NCBI GenBank assembly: GCA_963822445.1
Contig: CAWGHO010000003.1
Coordinates: 672,001-736,000 of the forward strand
Direction: 5' to 3'
From: an uncultured Acidobacteriota bacterium
GTDB lineage: Bacteria > Acidobacteriota > Thermoanaerobaculia > Gp7-AA8
DNA length: 64,000 nucleotides
The notes under the pieces are model-generated. The model ran no database searches and was not told the DNA's origin. It worked only from the letters and a program-made list of their open reading frames with translations. The first letter of the stretch is position 1, and every line of letters begins with the position of its first letter. This document shows positions 57,752-64,000 of this stretch, piece by piece. A program made the translations under genes and the position numbers.

Positions 57752-59171
57752 TTACAAGTCGTCGTGCGCGCGGAGGAACGTGTTCGGCTTGGTAAAGGTC
57801 TTGGCCATGCCCAGGCCGCGATTCAACTCGCCGAGCGAAACCCGTCCCGTGGCCACGGCCGCGCCGAGCTGCACGAACGTGCGGAACTTCCCGCGCGTCT
57901 TGTAGCGGACGTCGAGCGAGTGCTGCCAGAGCGCCGAATACTCCGTGTAGAACTCGTCGAGCGGCAGGCGCGTCGGCAGCACGGTGTGGACGATGTCGTA
58001 CATCTCCCACTTGTGCGTGGTCACGTTCTGCTTCGCGGCGTCCCAGAGGTCGGTGCCGGGCAGCGGGGTGAGGATCGAGAAGCCGGTGTTGTACGCGCCC
58101 ATGTGCTCGATCCAGTCGCGCAGCCGCTTGAAATCGTCGCGGTCCCAGGCCGGATCGACGATGAAGTTCGGGGTGAATCCGACGCCGAGCTCCTTGAGGA
58201 TCTCGATCGCCTTCACGTTGTTGTCGGCGGAGTTCTTCTTGTTCACCGCGCGCAGACCTTCGTCGGTCACGGATTCCAGGCCGAGGAAGATCGCCAGGTT
58301 GCCGCAGTCCTTCCACATCTCGATGAGATGGGGGAACTTGCAGATGATGTCCGTGCGGGTCTGCACGGTGAAGTATTTGTGGATTCCCGCGGCCTTGATC
58401 TGTTTGGCCATCTCCTCGCCGCGTTTCACGTTCATCCAGAAGATGTCGTCGGTGATGAAGATGTTCGGCGCGGTGATGTCGCGCAGTTCCTCGACCACGC
58501 GCGCCGGCGATTTCTCGCGGAAGGTCGATTCGTGAAACTTCCAGACCGAGCAGAAGTTGCACTTGAACGGGCAGCCTCGCGCGGTTTCCATCAGCGCCAG
58601 CGGCTTGCGGAAGTTGATGTAGTAGTGATCGGCGTACTGAGTGATCAGATGCCGCGCCGGCATCGGATAGTCGTCGAGCCGCGGCCGCGTCGGCGCGTGC
58701 CCGGTGTTCATCCAGCCGCTGCCGTCGCGTACTTCAGAGTCCGGGGATCTTCTTGATGTCCCCCGAATCGGCGAGGGCGTTCACCAGCGGTGGCATGACC
58801 TCTTCGCCGTCGCCGATGGCGATGACGTCGATGGCCGGATCGCGGAACCAGTCCGGATCGCGGGAGGCGTCGTGGCCGCCGATGACCACGAAGGCTTTCG
58901 GCATCTCCCGCTTGATCCGCTGGGCCAGCCGGATGGTGCGGTTGCGCTCGGTGGTGAAGTTGCACTGCAGGCCGACCACGTCCGGATCGAACGCGCGGCA
59001 GGCGGCCATGCCCGCTTCCTCCCCGTCGATGCGGAGGTCGATGACTTTGCAGACGTGGCCGTCCTGCTCGAGGCAGGCTGCCACGCAGATCGGTCCGAGA
59101 GGCTCGACGAAGGTGAGCATCTCCAGTCCGAGGATTCCGCCCACGGGAGGTTTCAGGAACGCGACTTTCAT
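57752..59171 (-). CDS. Cobalamin-dependent (class B) radical SAM methyltransferase, HpnR-like, with one +1 frameshift
   Basis: B12-binding part (EPLG, VIGGHDAS, GDGE) 59171-58737 joins RGCPFKCNFC part if one T near 58736 is removed (GL-EVRDGSGWMNTG). Confidence 0.85.
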
Positions 59172-59198
59172 GTGTGTGGGCGAAACCTTAACAGATTC

Positions 59199-59280
59199 GG
59201 TTACGGGGTTGCGGGGTTCCGAGGTCACGGGGGTGAGAAAGGGCTCCGAGGCGCACCTCGAAACCCCGTAACCCCGTAAC
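59199..59280. repeat. Inverted octamer tandem-repeat hairpin (GGTTACGG / CCGTAACC)
   Basis: ggttacgg ggttgcgg ggttccga ggtcacgg ... cctcgaaaccccgtaaccccgtaac. Confidence 0.75.
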
Positions 59281-59282
59281 TG

Positions 59283-62021
59283 TCACAGCCCGAATCTCAC
59301 TCCCAGCTGCAAGGTCGAGAAGGTGATGTTCCCGCCGGTGGCGTTCATGGTGTGCACGTTCCAAAGCCCCTCCACGCCCCAGCGCGGCGAGATGTCGTAA
59401 AGCAGGCCGGCGCCGGCGTTTCCCCCGGCGAGGATCTTGGTCCCCAGGTAATCCAGGCGATACACCCCCGCCGAGGCGCCGAGGAACGGGTGCACCTTCC
59501 CCGATCCGAACCACCGTTTGCCGCCGATCGTGAACTGCACGAGCTTCGGATCGGTAGAGCTGCTCCGCTGGAACGTGTGGATTCCTGCGATGAGCTCGGC
59601 CGACCAGTTCTGCGAGAACCGCCGTTCGATTCCGGCGTTCGCGCTCAACACGCCATCCGAGCTGCTCAGGCCGTCGTGGAGGGCGTTGGGGCCGACATCC
59701 AGGAACAGGCGCCATTTGCCCGCGACCGACCCACCGCCCGAAGAACCATCGATCGGAATGCCGTCGACGACGACGTCGACATCCGGCGTGGTTCCCACGG
59801 GCAGATCACTCACCGTGTAGACGTACGTTCCGGTCTGATCGCGATCGATCGGCGTGCTGCTGATCGTCCCCGGGCCGGTGAGTGTCGCCCGAACCTTCGA
59901 CGCGTATCCGGGCCCGACGTAGTTGCCGAACCGGTCGCGCGGCGTCACCGCGACCAGCGCGGTCCCATCATCGCCCGCGCGACTGATGCTGATCGTCGTC
60001 GCGATCGGATCCGGCTGTACTTTCAGATGCCGCTCCAGCCGCTCCGTGCGTCGCACGTGACCGGTGCGCGGATCGTCCCAGTCGAGCAGCACTTCGAATA
60101 CGTACAGACCGGGCACCGTCGTGCCGCTGAACGTGCCGGTGTAGAGACCGTCGCCGTTGCCCGAATCGCTCAGGGTGATGGTCTCGACGTCGCGCGGCCT
60201 GATGCGCGCGAGCAGCGCCGTGTCGGTGATGCGGTCGACTTTCCGCTGATACGGCGTGGCGGTGTCGCCGCTGGGAGTCGTGGTCGTGCCGGTGTTCGAG
60301 TCGGTGGAGGGTGTGTCGTGGAGAATCGTGCCGAGGCCTTCCGCGGGGCGCTGAATGCGGACGCGGATCGCATCGCTGGGGAGCTTCGCCAGCGGCCGGC
60401 CGGCGAACGAAACGTTGACCTGAATCGGGAGCGTGTCGCCGGTCGCCGGCGAGAGCTCTTCGAGACGCACGCGGTACTCGAGGTCCTTCTCGACCAGGAA
60501 CGCGTTGAGCGTGTAGGGAATGGGCCGGTTCGCATCGGACTGCGCGCGCTTCACCCGCACGCTCCAGTCGCCGGCTGCTTCCGGCCGGATGTCGAATCGC
60601 TGAATGACTGCCTGGCCCGTCCGCGAGATCGAGGTCGGAGTCATGACCGTGCCGTCGCCGCCGAGGACTTCGAGATCGAGCACGCGTTCCAGAGGTGGCG
60701 CCCATTGCAGCGAGACGACCACGCGCGGAACGGAGCGGTCGACGATCAGCGGCTGCGGCGCGCTCGGACCGGCACCGGTGAGGGTGTCGCTCCGGCGCAA
60801 TGCCGAGGAGATGGTGTTGCCTTTGAGGATGTTCACCAGCGTCTGGCCGAACGCGTCGAAGAGCGTCTCGGCGTTGATGGCGATGAAGGACAGTCCGTTG
60901 GTCTGCAGCGAGATCCGCTCCAGCAGTTCCTGATCGACACCGGCCGGAAGTCCGAAGCCGACCGTTTGAATCGGCGTGAAGCGCTTGCGCAGCTCCGACT
61001 GCAGGCCGGCGATCGGCTCGAGCGTGAGGATGTCGTCGGCGATGGTGTTGATCAGCGGCGCCGTGTTCTGCTTGCCGTCGGTGACCACGACCACGACCAG
61101 ATCGTTGTCCGGATCGTCCAGCCATTCCCGCATGGCCTCGTTGATGCCGCCGCCGATCGACGTCGAGCCGGTCGGCGTCAGCGTGTCGATGTGCGCGCTG
61201 ACCGCCGTCCATTGATGACCGGAGCCCGGCTCGTTCGCGCCGCGCTGCACGAAGAAGTTGTCCGGCGCATCGGCGCCCGGGATCGACTGCACGGCGGCGG
61301 TGGAGTTGAAGAAGACCACGCCGATGCGATCGCCGCTCAGATCGATCTGGCTCTCTTCGAGCGGAGCATCGATCTGCTGCCACTGGGCGATGAACGCGGC
61401 CAGCGCCGACTTCAGGATGGCCGCCTTCGACGCGCCGGAGGCGATGCCCGGCGGCAGCTCGTTCATGCTGCCCGACCGGTCGAGGACCAGCACGACGTCG
61501 AGGAAGTGTCGCGACCGGAAGATCGCGCTCAACTCGGGGGCGACGGCGTCGGCGATTCCGAGGATCGTCGCCGGGAAATCGCCGACGCGCTTGAAGACTT
61601 TCGAGCATTCCACCTCCGAGCCGACGGAGTAGGAGGACATGCGGTACTCGACCACATCCTGCGGTCCCGAAAACCGCATCATCACCTGGGTCACCCCCGC
61701 GTTCGGGCTCAGGCAGAAGTTGCCCGGATTGAATTTCGACAGCGGCTTGTAGGTGATCTTCGCCGAGTTGCCGGCGCCAGCTTCGAAAGTGACCGAGTCG
61801 CCGTTGACGGTGGCGGTCTGGCCGAGATTGATCGTCGTCGTCTCCGCGACGACCAGTTGCGCGCCCGCCGGCGGTGCGTCGAGTGCGAAGGTGATCCGCA
61901 CCTCGCCGATCTGATGGGGCGAGCTCTCGCGGATCGGAATCGTGAGCTCGAAACTCTCGCTCGCTGAGAGGGCGGATGCAAAGCACACCAGGATCACCAG
62001 CGAGACTGCGAATCGTTTCAT
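59283..62021 (-). CDS. Secreted vWA domain protein with C-terminal outer-membrane beta-barrel
   Basis: GGAGG RBS, signal peptide, MIDAS DRSGS...T...TDG, Ig-like middle, C-terminal amphipathic strands ending LQLGVRFGL. Confidence 0.88.
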   Translation of the reverse strand: MKRFAVSLVILVCFASALSASESFELTIPIRESSPHQIGEVRITFALDAPPAGAQLVVAETTTINLGQTATVNGDSVTFEAGAGNSAKITYKPLSKFNPGNFCLSPNAGVTQVMMRFSGPQDVVEYRMSSYSVGSEVECSKVFKRVGDFPATILGIADAVAPELSAIFRSRHFLDVVLVLDRSGSMNELPPGIASGASKAAILKSALAAFIAQWQQIDAPLEESQIDLSGDRIGVVFFNSTAAVQSIPGADAPDNFFVQRGANEPGSGHQWTAVSAHIDTLTPTGSTSIGGGINEAMREWLDDPDNDLVVVVVTDGKQNTAPLINTIADDILTLEPIAGLQSELRKRFTPIQTVGFGLPAGVDQELLERISLQTNGLSFIAINAETLFDAFGQTLVNILKGNTISSALRRSDTLTGAGPSAPQPLIVDRSVPRVVVSLQWAPPLERVLDLEVLGGDGTVMTPTSISRTGQAVIQRFDIRPEAAGDWSVRVKRAQSDANRPIPYTLNAFLVEKDLEYRVRLEELSPATGDTLPIQVNVSFAGRPLAKLPSDAIRVRIQRPAEGLGTILHDTPSTDSNTGTTTTPSGDTATPYQRKVDRITDTALLARIRPRDVETITLSDSGNGDGLYTGTFSGTTVPGLYVFEVLLDWDDPRTGHVRRTERLERHLKVQPDPIATTISISRAGDDGTALVAVTPRDRFGNYVGPGYASKVRATLTGPGTISSTPIDRDQTGTYVYTVSDLPVGTTPDVDVVVDGIPIDGSSGGGSVAGKWRLFLDVGPNALHDGLSSSDGVLSANAGIERRFSQNWSAELIAGIHTFQRSSSTDPKLVQFTIGGKRWFGSGKVHPFLGASAGVYRLDYLGTKILAGGNAGAGLLYDISPRWGVEGLWNVHTMNATGGNITFSTLQLGVRFGL

Positions 62022-62057
62022 GTTCCCTCCGATGCCGGAGGATTGAAGCATGGACGG

Positions 62058-64000
62058 CTATTTCGCGTCGATGGCGAGACGCTTTCCCGGCAACAGCAGC
62101 GCAACCAGCGCCGACACGAACAGCACCGCCGGAAAAATCATCAGCCGGTTGTCGCGGGCCAGGCTTCCGCCGGCGATCAGCGCGACCAGGCCGCTGCCGA
62201 TGACGCCTCCCACGTAGCGCATCGTCGACAGCGCGCCCGAGGCCACGCCTGCTTCCGACGCTTCGACGGCGCTCATCGCCGCTGCTTGCGCGGGGCTGGT
62301 GGCCATCCCGATTCCGGCGCCCATCATGATCAGCGACACCAGGAGGTCATTGCTGACGACGAACATCGCCGCGCCCGCTGCCGCGAGGAGCCCGCCCGCC
62401 AGCGACACGACGCGCGCGCCGATCGCATCCGACAATCGTCCGCCGAACGGCGCGACGACGACCATCCCCGCGGTGAACAGCAGCAGCACGCGTCCCGTGT
62501 CGGCGGGATTCTTCGCCAGAAAGAACGGCAGCAGAAAGAGCATCGCGTACATGGCCAGGTTCTGCAGGGCCACGATCGCGCTGCCGGCCGCGAACGCGGG
62601 GCGAGTGAACAGATGGACGTCGAGGACGGGGTCGCTCGCGCGAAGCTCGCGCAGGACAAAGGCGATGAGCGCGACGAGCGCTGCGGACGCGAAAGCGAGG
62701 TTCGTCGTCTCGATCGCTGCGACGAGCAGGAGCACGGCGATGCCGAGAATCGCGCTGCCGGCGAAGTCGAACGACGCGACGCGCTCCGACTTCGGCGAGC
62801 GTCGCGGCCGCTCCAGCAGAAACGAGAGCAGGACGACGGGCACGTTCACGATGAAGACCGAGTGCCAGCCGAAACGCGCCGTCAGAAATCCGCCGAGAAT
62901 CGGACCGACCGCCGCGGCGCCTCCCATGATCGAGCCGAACACGCCGAACACGCGGCCACGCTTGTCCGCGGGAACGCTGTTGCGTAACACCGCGAAAACC
63001 GTGGGGATGGTGAACGCGCCGCCCAGGGCCATCAGCACGCGACCGGCGCCGAGGACTTCGAGGGAAGGGGAGAAGGCCGCGAGTAACGCGCCAAGGCCGA
63101 ACATCGTCCGGCCCAGCGTGAGGACGCGCGACGCGCCCCAGAGATCGGCGAGTTTGCCGGCCGGACTCTGGGCCACGATCGTGACGACGAGGTATCCCGT
63201 GACCAGCCAGCGCGTGACCACCGCCGGGCTGACCGCGAACGAGCCGGCGATCGACGGAAGCGCGACGGCGATGATCGTCGAGTTGAGCGGCGCAAGCAGC
63301 GCCGCGAGGGCCAAGCCCACGAAGCTCGCCGGTGTAGTGTGGGCCTCCGGCCTACCCTCGGGCGGGAGGACCACACCCGTCGTAATCGGCCGCGACTGCA
63401 GCAGATACACCTCATCCCCTTCAAACGCCCACTCCAGATCCTGCGGCCCATCGAAGTACCTCTCGCACTCCCCGGCCAGCCGATGCAGCGCCATGACCTG
63501 CACATCGCTCAACGAAAGCCGCCACACATCGTCCGGCGCGACGGCAGCTTTCACCGTCCCGCCGTCCGCCGCGAACCGCACCATCACGTCCTTGCGCCCG
63601 GCCCTCCGCTCGAGGATCTCGCCGTCCGTGCTGACGCGAATGAAGTCCGGCATGACCAGCCCGGCCACCACGGCTTCGCCAAGTCCCCAGGCGCACTCGA
63701 TCACCCGCTCGTTTGCGGCGGTGATCGGATTCCGCGTGAAGAGCACGCCCGCACAGTCCGCGTTGACCATGGCCATCATCACCATGGCGATGCGTGGCTC
63801 CCCGGCGACGCCCATCTTCCTGCGATAAGCCAGCGCACTCTCCGCGCGCGCCGACTCCCGAATCGTCCGTACCGCCTCGAACAGCATCTCCTCGGAGGTC
63901 ACGTTCAGCACGGTCACGTGCTGCCCCGCGAAGCTCGCGTCGATCGAGTCCTCACCGACTGCCGAGGAACGTAATGCGACCCTTTCGCCGGTTTCGTGAA
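62058..64000 (-). CDS. PEP/pyruvate-binding (PPDK_N ATP-grasp) domain fused to an MFS transporter, 5' truncated by the window edge
   Basis: VALRSSAVGEDS..ASFAGQH, GVLFTRNP, WGLGEAVVAG, PQDLEWA, LLQSRPIT, then LNSTIIAVALP, GKLADLWG and further MFS helices in one frame. Confidence 0.88.
   Translation of the reverse strand, partial: HETGERVALRSSAVGEDSIDASFAGQHVTVLNVTSEEMLFEAVRTIRESARAESALAYRRKMGVAGEPRIAMVMMAMVNADCAGVLFTRNPITAANERVIECAWGLGEAVVAGLVMPDFIRVSTDGEILERRAGRKDVMVRFAADGGTVKAAVAPDDVWRLSLSDVQVMALHRLAGECERYFDGPQDLEWAFEGDEVYLLQSRPITTGVVLPPEGRPEAHTTPASFVGLALAALLAPLNSTIIAVALPSIAGSFAVSPAVVTRWLVTGYLVVTIVAQSPAGKLADLWGASRVLTLGRTMFGLGALLAAFSPSLEVLGAGRVLMALGGAFTIPTVFAVLRNSVPADKRGRVFGVFGSIMGGAAAVGPILGGFLTARFGWHSVFIVNVPVVLLSFLLERPRRSPKSERVASFDFAGSAILGIAVLLLVAAIETTNLAFASAALVALIAFVLRELRASDPVLDVHLFTRPAFAAGSAIVALQNLAMYAMLFLLPFFLAKNPADTGRVLLLFTAGMVVVAPFGGRLSDAIGARVVSLAGGLLAAAGAAMFVVSNDLLVSLIMMGAGIGMATSPAQAAAMSAVEASEAGVASGALSTMRYVGGVIGSGLVALIAGGSLARDNRLMIFPAVLFVSALVALLLPGKRLAIDAK

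Noticed and set aside
58730-58740. TGA in the radical SAM gene as a second selenocysteine
   Set aside because: Readthrough does not reach the downstream domain; removing one base does, so it is a frameshift.
1-64000. tRNA (including tRNA-Sec), rRNA, transposase, integrase or prophage
   Set aside because: None recognised; the cloverleaf-like intergenic folds lack T-loop and CCA signatures.

Overview
GC-rich bacterial chromosomal window; gene content and repeat style suggest Acidobacteriota (Thermoanaerobaculia-like), which is an inference. It holds about 47 CDS: a GGDEF/EAL sensor, two YfhO-type GT-C proteins, a boxR-boxC-boxB benzoyl-CoA cluster, a CHASE2 kinase/sigma-54 regulator/FecR module, a 3397-aa DUF11 plus C25 peptidase surface protein, a nucleotidyltransferase TA-like pair, a cobalamin riboswitch with a btuB-like receptor, an HpnR-like radical SAM enzyme, a desaturase-HTTM/DCC operon, a vWA-barrel protein and a PEP-synthase-N/MFS fusion. 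The top finding is missed by the ORF track: a signal-peptide-bearing outer-membrane barrel gene (3760..2750, minus strand) with two in-frame TGA codons in a U-P-A-U (CxxC-spaced) motif, followed by a SECIS-like hairpin and translationally coupled to an exported HMA-thioredoxin fusion. This is a candidate double-selenocysteine metal-handling system. Three families of intergenic hairpin repeats are present, one apparently absorbed into coding sequence. Several single-base indels look like sequencing errors.
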